A DNA stretch of 63,102 nt, counting the filler, from Kipferlia bialata (Eukaryota), in assembly GCA_003568945.1 (NCBI GenBank). It is 6 parts of 6 records of this genome, joined end to end, with 100 filler letters (N's around TTAATTAATTAA, not from the genome) between each part and the next. Parts side by side here need not be neighbours in the genome. Positions count along the whole stretch, not along the records: positions 11,548 to 22,989 come from BDIP01001237.1; positions 23,090 to 34,523 come from BDIP01001238.1; 4 more parts are not named here. The stretch is one strand, 5' to 3'. Of the stretch, positions 12,672 to 26,094 are shown one piece after another. The position numbers and the translations under genes were made by a program. The notes under the pieces were generated by a model, which saw only the letters and a list, made by a program, of their open reading frames with translations, had not been told where the DNA came from and did not search any database. Position 1 is the first letter of the stretch. Each line of letters begins with the position of its first letter.

Positions 12672-15577
12672 GGATATGTCTGTGCCGGTGGAAGATACCC
12701 AGGACAAGTATCTGAAGGGTAAATTCAATATCATAACACTTCATAGAAAGAAAGAGACCATCAAAATGTATATTGCCCACCTCCCATATAGAGCTGCATC
12801 TGCTGAGTTTAGTCCCTGTATCTGCCTCTGGTCCCTCTCCCTGAGCCTGAGTGCTGCTCTCTCCCTATCTTCCTCAGTGGCAGAGGGAGGAGGGGCATCA
12901 CTTTCTAGAGTGTAAGTCTAGTTAGATATATACATATATATAGAGAGAGAGGGGGGAGGGAGAGAGAGAGAGAGAACTCTCCCTGTCGTCCTCAGTGAGA
13001 GAAGGGGAGGTAAATCACCCTCTAGAGGTTCAATGGTGGTACAGGAGGACATCAGTATCCTGAGAAGGTGTGGATTATTAGTCAATACCAGACATCTGCT
13101 CAACATATATATGAAAGTACTTGTATATAGACACACACAGAGAGAGAGAAACATCTCCATACCCTGCTGGATCTGTGCACAGAGGTAAGAGCCAAGGACA
13201 CACAATCTGGGGGTAAGGGTGAGGGGAGAGGGAGAGAGGTAAAGACAGAGAGATTCAGAGCACACACAGCCTGGGGTGAGGGAGAGGATTGGAAGTAGCA
13301 GTCTGTGTGACTAGTCTGTGACAAGTGACAAGTCAACTACAATACCTCATGTGGGTGTGCCTCAGTGTAGCTGAGTAAGGCACCTCAGAGAGTCTCTGCT
13401 GGACAACGGACAGGGCCTGGGGTAAGACAATAAGAGGGATAGGGAGAGACATACACACATATACAGACTATACATAAAGGCCCATAAGTACACACATACT
13501 ATATATACCTGTCTGACTGTGCCCATCCTGGCTGATGCCTTACCAGAAGTGGCAGACATATATATATATAAATATATAAATATATATATACACTCTACTA
13601 CATATATACTATACTAATACAAATGCATATGCATACCTGTCTGACCGTCCCCATCCTGACCGATGCCTTGCCAGAAGTGGCAGACCTATATATATACACT
13701 CAATGTACAAACCATATACACACTACACAATACTATATTGATTATATATATATATACTATATATATATATATACACCTGTCTGACTGTGCCCATCCTGAC
13801 CGATGCCTTGGCAGATGTGGCAGAGGTGTCATCCCCAGTGTCACCAAGGGCGGCAGACAATACGGTACCTGTAGATAAGGGCAGGACTCTATACATAAAG
13901 ATAGTTGGTGGAAGAATACACTAACCTGCGGCTGCGTATATGGTCCCCCTGCTGGGTTGGGGTATACTCATACATTGGAAGATATCTATATATGTATATA
14001 CATATATGATATCACTAGTGTCACCCACCTGCGGCTGCGTATATGGTCCCCCCTGCTGGGTTGGAGACTGAGAAGGTGGGGAGAGAGGCACTGCCAATCC
14101 TGAAGGGTCAGAGAGAGAGAGAGAATGATCCAACACAAGTACTAACTGAACGAGTATGTAGATCTCAGGGGTAGAGAGAATGCATGTCTGAGTGAAATGT
14201 ATGGATGCATGCCTGAGCGAGAATGTCCTCAGCAGCTGTGCCTCCCCTGCCCTCAGAGTCCTGCCCCTCTCTCTCCCTCCCCCTCCAGTCCTCATGGCAT
14301 TGGGGACAGCGTCAAGGGCTAGCAGCACCACCTGGAAAGTAAGAGAATAGGAAGATGAGAGGTACTATACTGCTACAGTCTCTAAGAATCGATAGGCTAT
14401 AGTCTTACGACCTGAAGGTTAAGAACGATGAGGTACACAGTGGTGCAACAAATATACTAGGCCTAGTATGCCCTTTCCCCCTACCTCCGGTGGGCATGAG
14501 TCTGAGTGCATAGTACATAAATACAATAGAACATATCACTACCATATATACATAGATATGCATAAGGATATTACCTCAGGTGGGCATGGTGACAGTAGGG
14601 TGTGCATCAGCCTCAGTGTCTGCACCGAGTCGAGTCTGTCTCTGCCTCTACCCTTATCACTAAGGCTGTATATGTGGCAGACTGCACCGACAAGGAGACC
14701 AGAGGCAGAAGGGATGGCCTAGGGTATGACTTATATGAATATATAGACACACACATATATATATAGAGAGAGAGAGAGACTGTATATGTGACAGACTGCA
14801 CCAGCTAAGAGGGAAGGGCCTAGAATTAGAAAGAGAGAGAGAAAGAGAGAGCGAAACAGGTGAGAGATATACAGATACCCACCCTGTGAGCATGCATGCA
14901 GTACACCACATACTGTATCAGACTGAGCAGTCCCAGTAGCTCTGACTGTGTGTTGTAGTGGCAGACACTCAGCAGAGAGAGAACAAGGGAGGAGAGGGAT
15001 CGGGTCAGGGGGAGGGAGAGAAGGCGGGGCATCTTGGCCGCACCCTCCCTGTCTCTCTCTCTCTCTCTCTCCCCTCCCAGCATGAGGCTGGATGTGGTGG
15101 AGAGAGGGGGGACAAGGCCAAGACCACAGCGCAGGGCCTGGGGTGAGGTATATGGAATATTGTATGTGTAATGTGTATACTCTTAGAATAGACAGCGGAG
15201 GGCCCCTTGAAATGAGGGTTAAGCAAGTACATGCTCTTAAGAACAGAATACTCTTTGAGCCGTGATCAATTACTCAAACTTAGACATATATATACACTAC
15301 CTGAGTGTCTACATCCGGCATGTGGCTAGACAGTGACAATGGCATGGCCACTGCTCTGACAGCCAGGGTCAGGGCAAGGAGGTCAGAGGCTGGCACACGG
15401 CCTGCGTCTCTCTCTCTCACCATCTCCCCAGCAGAGGAGAGGGCGTCATGCAGGGACTCAACAGAGGCATATCTGAAGTGTGAGGGTGTGTGTGAGTAGT
15501 AGAGAGAATGAGAGACTTAGAAGGTGGTAAGAGAAGACAAGGCGTCATGCAGGGACTCAACAGAGGCATATCTAGTG

Positions 15578-15615
<38 letters not shown>

Positions 15616-18544
15616 GGGGGGACTCAACAGAGGCTTATCTAGCAAGTAAGTATGTGTGTGTGTGGTATGTGAAACAACACACACAGACACGTGCTCATAC
15701 ATACATGGTGTAATTAAATGTCTAAGATTGATACTCCTACCCCTCAGAAGGATGGGTGTGAACAGGAGCTTCTGTATATATATGTGCGTATGTGTATAAA
15801 TGAACCATACCTCTCACACACAGGACATGGTGTGTCCCTGTCACTGATGCCGCACATGGGGGTAGATAGGAGCTCCTTGCCAGACACAGTGCGGTCTAGG
15901 CTGATTGTTAGGAATTCATATATTCCATACAATATGCATACACATACCGTCCCAGCAGTGCCATGAGTACGTGTCTGGCAGTGGCAAATGGAACACTGTA
16001 CAATAGTATATGCACATATATATACACTCGATATATCTAAACACAGTCAATAGCATAAATATACGTACCGTCCTAGCAGTGCCATGAGTATGTGTCTGGC
16101 AGTGGCAAAGGGAACACTGTATATATATATATACTCTTAATATATACATACATATGTTACTACAGTATAGACAGTATACATACCGTCCCAATAGTGCCAT
16201 GAGTATGTGTCTGGCAGTGGCAAAGGGACCCTGGGCAGATGTATCAGCAGAGGCACTAGTAGCACTGCTACTCCCCTGTGCCAGTAGAGCAGATGCCAAC
16301 ACCACCCCTGCCCCAATGTCGCAGTGCTCAATGCACGACAGGAAGGCACCTGATATTAGTGAATATAGTGAATATTTCATACATATATATACGAACTAGT
16401 AAATAATGTAACAATGTCACAGTGCTCAATGCACGACAGGAAGGCACCTAGTGTCAGTATTAGAGTCTAAGAGTATATATATCATATATATATATATATA
16501 TGTGACACCAGCACCAATGTCACAGTGCTCAATGCACGACAGGAAGGCACCTAAGGTCTGTATGAACGATTCAACACAGATATTCATATATATACATGGA
16601 GTACAATTAGGATTTCTGCATATATTATGCTCCCTGTGGTAGTAGCATACTTACCCTTGAGTGCCTTCTCCGGGTCCTTGGCTGCTATGTGTATATCACA
16701 ATAGTACATTCTGCTATACACATATTACTAAATAGAGTCTAAATACATAAACCCCTTACCCTTGAGTGCCTTCTCCGTGTCCTTGGCTGCCTTTTCAATC
16801 TGCTTCTGCTTCTCTAAGTAGGCCTAGATGGTAAGGATATAGATAACATGAGAAATAGTGTACACTTGCAGTACTGTAGATATGCCACTACATATCCAAA
16901 CGCACCTTGTCATATCTGGACCCTCTTCCAGACATCAGTGTGTGTGTGGTATTCGGTATACATAGAGTCCATATTTACTACCTACACATAACACCATCCC
17001 CGGCTGTCTCCATACTCTGTCTCAGTCTCTGATTCATTGTTAGTATCCTACAATATAGAAATTCTGTACATATACATACCTTGACATCCCCGTCTGCCTC
17101 CTCTTCCTTTGTCTGTGTCTGTGTGTATCTAAGACAGGACACAGCATGGGACACCCAGATCTAGGGGTTAGTACACATAGAGTAGCTTTGAAGTGAAGTT
17201 ATAGTACATGTAGTGTATACTGTACAATTGCATATATACACTACGGTATGGAAGATTATATATTTCTCTTCACATATACCTCGTGTGAGTTGTTATTGTT
17301 TGTCCTTCCCCCCTTTCTCAACATATGTATATTTCAGTACTAACTATTATTACATTAATCTAAGACCTGCGAGTTGTCCTCTCTAGCTCCTGCCTCAGTA
17401 TATGTACAACTACATATATGTATGTTACTACATAAAATGATATACAATATATATGATTTATATACATATATACACATACCTGCGAGTTGTTCTTTGTTGT
17501 CCTGCCTAGCCCCTTCCTCAACAGGGCCATGGGTGTCACATCCAGTCTCTCCTGCAGGGCAGGGGTACGACTGCTGAATACACCTGTTGTTAGGACACTG
17601 TAGTACTATACATATATATATATAGAGAGAGAGAGACATAGTCATGGGTGTTACATCCAGTCTCTCCTGGAGGGCAGGGGTCCTGCTGCTAAAGACACCT
17701 GTGTTAAGTTATGAAGCGAGGCTCTAATGCAGAGTGACAAAATGTATGAGGCGTAAGTGCTCCATCTGTCTAGTAATGTTGTACATCTTATAGTATGAAT
17801 GTATGTATACCTTAGGCGGTGCGTGTCTTCTTGACAGGCACTACCACAGCTACAGGGGTACTATCACACAATATACAATAAGTAAAATATGTATAGATAC
17901 TACATATAGTAGTATACCTAGCGCTGTGCGTGTCTTCTTGGCAGGTGCCGCAGCAGCCACAGGGTTAGGGTCCACATGCTCTAGGTAGTGACTGAGAGAC
18001 AGTACAGTGGGGTCAACACAGAGAGAGGGGGAGAGAGAGAGGGTCTCCCCAGTCACCACACCAAGTAGCTGTCTCAGCACTCTGATGTGTATCTCTCTCT
18101 CCTTCTCTCCCTCTGCACCCTTACTCTCTCTCCTCTTCCCCTCTAGACCCAGCGCTGACCAGGGGTTGCTGGAGGACACAACACCGTGTCCATTACTCTC
18201 ACCCTCCTGAGAGAGAGAGAGAGGGCCTTCTGTCTCACTTGTGCATCCATAGTGGATGGGGCCTAGCGTGAGAGAGAGAGAGAGAGAGGGAGAGAGAGAG
18301 AGAGACTCTTCCATAGTGGACGGGGGAAAACATTAGGGAGGAGAGAGTGTACAGTGGGACAGGAAAAGCAAAAGATATACTGAGCATCATATACTAATAC
18401 ACAGTACCATAGGTACCTGTGAGGTACGGTACTGTAAGTAGTACCAGCTCTCTGACTGTGTCTGAGTCGGTGTACAGGGAATGTCCGGAGAGGACCTGGG
18501 TGTGAGAGAGAGATTCAGGTATATATCTATGACACAAGAAAATG

Positions 18545-18578
<34 letters not shown>

Positions 18579-21500
18579 CCCACCTTAGCAAATGCGGCAC
18601 ACACTTCCAGGTAGTCATCGGGCAGGACATCCTCCTCTCTCTCTCTCTCTCCCGCTGCACCCTTATTCTCTCTCTCCCCCTCCAGTCCTTCCAGTCTCTC
18701 CATGTATGCTATGGACTTGTCTAGCACCGTGACACCCTTCTGCTTCTCCTTCTCAGCCTCTCTCTCTCTCTCTCTCTCCCTCTCCCTCCTGCTCCCACCC
18801 TTACTGCCTCTGGTAATAGGTACAGACACATCGGAGACAGTCCAGGCACGCTGGATGCGTCTCACACGCCTAAAGATTAGAGAGAGAGAGAGAGAGACAT
18901 CGGAGACAGTCCAGGCACGTTGTATGCGTTCAACTCGCCATATATGTCAGGATACACATTCAGAGGGGGAGAGAGGGAGAGAGAGAGACGGTTCAGACAT
19001 ACAAATATAGATACACATGCCTTAGTAGGGGCATCTCAGCCGGGGGTGCCTTGATGGGTGGCATCTGGATACTACTCATATATAGTATACATATACATAC
19101 TATACTCTAAGTATATATATACATGTATAAATGCATATACATGCCTAGGCAGTGGTATCTCTGCAGGTGGTGCCTTGATGGGTGGCATCTAGATAAGAGT
19201 ATATTTATATACTCTTATATATATAGTATGACCACATCATAGTATACATAAATTGTAAACCTGCATACATATACATATATAGCATACAATATGAAGAGAG
19301 TACCTAGGCAGTGGTATCTCTGCAGGTGGTGCCTTGATGGGTGGCATCTGGTTGAGGGTGTCCAGCACACACTTGGCAGTCGTGCCCTTACGGTCAGTAC
19401 TCTCTACTACTATTGATATCCATACACATATATATACATGTACTACAGTGTGGTTGAGGGTATCTAGTACACACTTGGGGGGGGGGTGCCCTAGAGGTAA
19501 ATGGTTGCCACAATATTATAGTACATATATATGAATACTATGTATATATGCAGTATGGTAAGGTAAGGATAATGTGTCTAGTGCACACTTGGGGATGCCC
19601 TCGAGGTAAGGTCCCCCGCTCTCTCTCTTTACACACTCATATATATGTCTATGTCTGCCAGCTCACTCACTCTCTCTCTCCCCCCTCCTCTCTGCAGGTA
19701 ACAATACGTATGGTTACTGTATATATATGTATGTACAAGTATTAGACTCCTCACCTCAATGTCTGCCAGCCCACTCACTATCTCCCTCTTCCTCTCCTCC
19801 TCTGTCTTGGGCACAGGGTGTAGGGGGGGGACTAGGAGCCAGGCCCGCCTCTCGATCTGGAATGAGAGAGAGTGTGAAGAGAGAGAGAGAGAGAGAGTAA
19901 GGGTGCAGCGAGCCAGACACACCTCTCGACTCTAGAATCAGAAGGATGTACAAATATATTCCATATGTAATCATGCATATGTATCAAAAGTATACCTGCT
20001 TCCACATAGTTTTGGACAGTAGCTATGTACTCTTGGTAATATAATATTTTGGTATATACATATATATATATACATACTCATATACTTATATATAGTACAT
20101 ATAGTACATATATTAATATATATATATATAGAGATATTAATATATATATAGAGAGATATTAATATATATATATATAGAGAGAGAGAGAGATAGAGTATAC
20201 CTGCTCCCACACTGTGTTCGACACTGCCCTAAAGATGTATGGACTGGCACCCCGCATACATATAATTATACATATATACATATACTTATATATATATGTG
20301 GCATTTAGTACATGGATAAAAATATATACACTTGCATGTATACATTATACCTGCTTCCAGACTGTGTTACTCACTGCCTCGAATATGTATGGACTGGCAC
20401 CCCTCATGCCCTGCCTCGAGGCCTGACGCTGGGCAGTCTGGATACTATGGTAAGACAGGAGAGAGAGAGAGAGAGAGAGAGAAGAAGAAGAAGAAGAGAG
20501 AGAGAGAGTAAGAGAGACATGCCCTCCCTGGAGGCCTGTCTCTGGGCAGTCTGAATACTAGGATAAGACGAGTAGATATATATATATATATATATATAGA
20601 ACACTGGACAGTCTGGAGGTTAGGGAGAAGATATGTAAATGTGTAGAGAGAGAGCCAAAACACACAATAGTACTACTCATACCTAGCTATAAACCACTCC
20701 AGCACTGTGAGTGCCGTGTATCTGGCTATGGGCACACGGCCAGCGGTGCAGCAGATCTAGAGTCAGAGAGGGAGAGAGAGAGAGAGAAATAGAATAGCGA
20801 TTGCAGAGACACAGAGAGATTGAAGAGTGTATACTATGATATGATATGTAATGTGATTGCCAGTACCAAATTTACACCCATATATGAACTTAGAACATAT
20901 AGGACATACATATTTTTCAATATATATATATATATACAGTATCAGAGACTCATATACCTGTATGAATGTCTTGATGGCAGCTAGTGCTACACTGTGCATC
21001 AGGGCATGGCTGTCGGTGGTGTCTGAGGTTATATAAGGGTGTAGAGAGAGAGAGGGAGAGAGAGAGATAGTAAGGGAGAGAGAGAGACTGTGCATCAGGG
21101 CATGGCTGTCAGGGGTAACTACAGACAATAGAATATGAATATACAAACATAGAAGAATGCATGAAGCGGTAGTATATATATACATACACAAATGAACACT
21201 GATATATAATACTGCATAGAACTAGACACACCTGACACCAGCTCATCTGCTATGGTCATGTACCCATAGTCTATATATACTCTCTCTCTGTGTATATAGA
21301 TCCACATTCACTCCCATATATCCTATATATACTATACCTGATACCAGCTCCTCTGCTATGGTCATACATCTGACGGCGGCTGTGGAGGCAACATCGATGG
21401 TGGACTGGCCAAGGCCTTGTGGTAAGTAGTCATATATATATGTGTATAGTATAGTCGTATTATTATAGTATAGTATTATTGGGTTTGAGTGTTTAGTGTC

Positions 21501-22858
21501 CATTTGATTGTTGTAGTGAATGTAATACTGATGGTATTAAATAATACGTACTGAGTATGCACTGTGCATGCATGTAACTGGTGACCAGGGTGGCAGCAGA
21601 GGCAAAGGGGTCAACGGGGGTGTCAACAGTAGTGGTGTGACCTATAATGAGAGAGAGAGAGAGAAAGAGAGTGGCAAAGGGGTCAACGGGGGGTATCCAA
21701 TGTGGTGGTATGGCCTATGGTGAGGAACAGAGAGAGATAAAGAGACTTACTCTCTATATAGAGCATATGTCCCACCTGTATGGTAGTCTGTGGTTGGCAC
21801 TGCATACTGGGGTCCGGCCTGTACCACTGCGGACAGGGCATGGGCCAGGGCCTTGTCTCTAAGGTTAGAGAGAGAGAGAGAGAGAGAGAGACTGCCTGTA
21901 CCACTGCAGACAGGGCATGGGTCAGGGCCTTGTCTCTAAGGTAAGATATATATATATATGTATGGAGAGAGAGAGAGAGAGACAGAGAGACAGTAGACAG
22001 GGCATGGGCCAGGGCCTTGTCTCTTGGGGTTAGAGAGAGAGGGGGGGAGAGAGGGGGAGAGAGAGAGAGAGTCGACATAGCTTGGGCCAGTGCCATATCT
22101 TATGGGTAAAGACTATTGAAATATATAATATAGGGATGCACAGAAGTGGTATTCTCACCATAATGCTTTATGAGTTATAATGGCTGCCTATTGGGGTGAG
22201 GTGTCCAATGACAGTATCACTACCAGATTAATAGATGAGGTATACTTAAAACACTATACGAAAACTCGAAATACATACACTACCTACTGATAGAGGTATT
22301 CTATCACTACAATGATCAGTACTGATATAACTATATTACCTACTGATTGACGGGACGTGTCTCATGGCCGCGGCCCAGAGGGTGGGAGAGGCAGTGTGCC
22401 TGGAGTCAGAGAGAGATAGAGGGAGTAGGAGAGATAGCCGAGTGTGATGGAGGCAGTGTACCAATCAAAGAGATAGACACATGGCAGGAACCCTATATGT
22501 GTAGCTAGTATAAGCACATCGCTCACATCTGTATACCAGGAGTGTTGATCGCTGGCAGGACCTGACACATATACACTCCTCTCATACTCCACAATAAATA
22601 CACTACATATACATACTATACACTATATCATTACAATATACCTCTGTATCCCATCCACGAGTGTCTTTGACCTATGCACTGGCAGGGCCTGGCACACACA
22701 CTTTGCTTACCCTTCACCATATACACTTTATAGTATACACTATAGTATATACACTAACCTCTGTATCCCATCCACCAGTGTCTTTGACCTATGCACTGGC
22801 AGGGCCTGGCACAGGGACAGAGCCACAATGGCCTCGGCAGAAGGAGTGTGGTTGACTC
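11998..22858 (-). CDS. Large multi-exon hypothetical protein, 5' partial, probably alpha-helical
   Basis: More than 25 GC-rich exons bounded by GT/AG among microsatellite introns, e.g. VNHTPSAEAIVALSLCQALPVHRSKTLVDGIQR, GLGQSTIDVASTAAVRCMTIAEELVS, GAFLSCIEHCDIGAGVVLASALL. Last exon ends LGAPNPIDTAE-TGA at 11998-12000. No family recognised. Confidence 0.7.
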
Positions 22859-22989
22859 TGAAGGTCAGGGAGAGAGAGACGGAGAGAGACGGTACTAAAA
22901 AACGGAGTGATGAGAGTGGAAACTGAGATGCAGATGGATACGAGGGAAGGGGGGGGGGGCAGTAGTGGTAGAGAAAGAAAGAGACGGAA

Positions 22990-23089
22990 NNNNNNNNNNN
23001 NNNNNNNNNNNNNNNNNNNNNNNNNNNNNNNNNTTAATTAATTAANNNNNNNNNNNNNNNNNNNNNNNNNNNNNNNNNNNNNNNNNNNN
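22990..23089. other. Artificial contig spacer
   Basis: N44-TTAATTAATTAA-N44. Confidence 0.98.

Positions 23090-23138
<49 letters not shown>
23090..23138. repeat. Poly-G tract at contig start
   Basis: About 49 consecutive G right after the spacer. Confidence 0.95.
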
Positions 23139-23140
<2 letters not shown>

Positions 23141-23189
23141 TTATGGGCGTATCCATCCATTACACTAGCCTTGCTTCAGTAACTGTGCA

Positions 23190-23519
23190 CTATACTAGTA
23201 CGAGTGTACAGCAACTGAAAGATATGCATTCTCCGTTTCCACTGTCACTCACATTCTCTGGTATGTCCGCTGCATTGGTCATCACCATCCTCCTTCCTAG
23301 CATGAAGGGCCCAGGGTTCCCACCCGGCATGGGGTTGATGTGGGGGCCTGGGGGTGCCTGGGGCACAGTGGGCCTGGGGGTCAGAATATACATACATATG
23401 TATAAGGGAGTGAGAGAGAACACGCACTTGCCGCCAATCTTGCCGCTTGTCTTCTTGCTGGCCAGGTAGGCTGCCCTTCTCTTGGCCTGCTTGGCCTTCT
23501 TCTTGTTGGTGGACACCAT
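23190..23519 (-). CDS. 5' part of a hypothetical protein (basic N-terminus, Pro/Gly-rich second exon)
   Basis: MVSTNKKKAKQAKRRAAYLASKKTSGKIGGK, a GT..ctgacccccag intron, then a Pro/Gly-rich exon. The gene probably continues off the contig. Confidence 0.5.
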   Translation of the reverse strand: MVSTNKKKAKQAKRRAAYLASKKTSGKIGGKCVFSLTPLYICMYILTPRPTVPQAPPGPHINPMPGGNPGPFMLGRRMVMTNAADIPENVSDSGNGECISFSCCTLVLV

Positions 23520-24137
23520 GCCAATGAATGCAAGAAGAAAGTGCACTGTGCATGCGATACTCGTAAGTATGCTACACCCTTTCCCTTGTGACAAGAAGGT
23601 TGAGTGTGTAGTACACACTGTGTACTGCTTTGATTTCTGGTGATATCGGAGATAGAACACTTCCTAGCTAATACTCCACAGAGCCATTTAGCAATGTCAT
23701 AACCATATACTGTGTGTAGCAGAACCATAGTATGTACATGGCTGTTCTACTGGACCCTGATGCCAAAAACACGATCGCTCTGTCTCACTGAGTGGGAGAC
23801 TCAACCATCGATTCTCAAACTAAGTTACTGGGGGGGGGGGGGTATAGAGATATAGGTGACCATACCTTGTCCAAATGTTACACATATGGTATATATGATA
23901 TGGACCATGTGTCGACTCGACACCTCATGGGTCAACCTAGTGCCCATCTCCTAGATGCCATGGTAGCACCCATCTGAGTCCCAGTCATCCCACTAATAGG
24001 CGTATCCTCTGTCATACTCGTCGTCACTGCACTCTTGGACAACCACTCTCTGCGATCAAGACCTTTCATATATTATCCCATTACGTCACGTAATTTTACG
24101 TGTAGTCTAAATACTGAAGAATCATCAGTGAAGATGG

Positions 24138-25366
24138 TCAATCACTCACTTCTGGCAACTCAGGTGCCCCGTGTACCCTTGTTGTGTGGCCTTCCGACTC
24201 CGGGTACATAACTGTGAAGCAGAGTGGATTGCCAACGAAGCAGTCACCACTGTAGGTACGGGCACTCACCAAATACTCATCCGGTCCAATGGGGCTGGAT
24301 CTAGCATTGGAGATGAATGGGGCGTTTCCCCAGTTGTCTAGTCCCCCTATGCACTGGTGGCCCCACCAGGACCATAGGCCGGATACACTGTCCCAGGCGT
24401 TGTATTGCCCGTACACACCGATGGCCACCAAATACCTACCACACACCTGGAGTGGTTACAGAAAATGGTGTCACATATATTTGGTTGCCGGACAGTCTAC
24501 ACAGTGGGAGACACTATTACAATAGTTTCAATCACACAGGGGTGTGGTACCTGGAGGATTACACAGTCAGTGCCTTTGGGGAGGGCGTTGTCTTCGAGCC
24601 AGCCGTGCGCAAGAGAGAAAGTGATGTGCCTTCCATCCCTGTGAAACACATGGGCAGTATCGTGGAGCACGGCCACACGAGAAGAACAGAACATATCTTG
24701 GATATCAAACGAATATGGCAGATAGTCAGGTGGCACGTCCTCAAGCCTCTGCCAGAAGTGCGGGTCTACGTGGAAGGCCCAGGTTTCGATTGCACCTCCC
24801 TGGGAGCCAGAACCAAGAGTGAGAATGATTGTGTTACTGTTGAGTGCAAATGCCTCCAACACCATCACGTTATGAGGAATGTGCTTCAGTGGATCACGCA
24901 CCTTAACCAGAGAGAAAGACGCAGAAGAGGGGTCACATTCTTCCGAGTCTGTTGATACGTGGCTGAACCACTGGCTCCATACCAGTGTCGCTAGGTCCAG
25001 TACATGTACCTCTACAGGACCGACACGGCCCCCATTCTTGATGGCGAAGGCGTAAAGACACCCACTTGCTACTGCCATTGGGGATGGTGCCTCATGATGC
25101 TGGGGTTTGTAATCATCCCCATATCCCAATGACACTGGCATTGGGACGCGACACTGCCATAGCTGGAAGTCTGCGTCTTGGCAGGTTCTTGTCGAGATGA
25201 AGGTAGTCGTAAGGCTTGGCACAATGCCGAGCACTGTGTTGGTGTCTATACATACCAGGCCGGTTGGGTAATTCCCTCTTCCATAGTGGAATCCATCATA
25301 CAGGCCCTCCCAGTTTTCCTTTCGCCACGTGAAGAGCTCCTCCCCACTGTTGCTGAGCATTGACAT
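24138..25366 (-). CDS. Kelch-like beta-propeller protein, two exons
   Basis: Kelch-like motifs (VASGCLYAFA, VHVLDLATLVW, TWAFHVDPHFW, VCGRYLVAIG, AWDSVSGLW). An intron at ~24447-24551 joins ORF 24497-25429 to ORF 24138-24446. Confidence 0.7.
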
Positions 25367-26094
25367 TGCTAGGAGACAGAACGGTTCTGACAACTGTCTG
25401 AGAGTAAGACTGTAGACTAGGTGGGACACCGGTACACTAGATACTATTCCTTTGTACTAGCACAATGAATAGTGTTAGGTATCATAGAATTCAGAGTGTT
25501 GTCTCACCACCGGTGAGTCACCGGCTGCAGCGTGCAGTGAGGTAAATACAATACAAATTCTAAGAATACTGACCCTATTTGCCTAGAATACCCAATACCT
25601 CTTCAATTGCAAGTCAAGCGACCACTGTCAGACTGACAGTGTCAGTAGCTCTATATTGGACAGAGGTATGCTCTCAGTGGATGTTGGTCGTCCCTAGAGT
25701 ATGATTAGAGAGAGTCGCCGAGCAGTCCTCTGTCAAAAGAGGCCATCAATAACTGACTGTTTCTGTAACTGACTGTTCACTGATGGCTTCAACGGGGAGT
25801 ACATTGAATGTCCACTCTGCCAGTGAAACCCTGCCCTCAATGCTGTTTCCCGCTAGTGGATGTCACTGTATTGTTAACTCTGTTACAGAGTCTCTTTACA
25901 CCCCACGTGAGAACTGGTCTAGTATGGCTATCCAATATCGCGTAATTGAGCTTCCGTGCTTGCAAAAATAATAGGGGTCTTCAGTGTGGCTGGACGTAAA
26001 GATACACAGTCTATCTCGCTGACCAACTCTGAACGTGCGGTAACCCACGTTGTGATCTGCTAAGCCATCAGATGCCTATCTCTCTTTGCATTCC

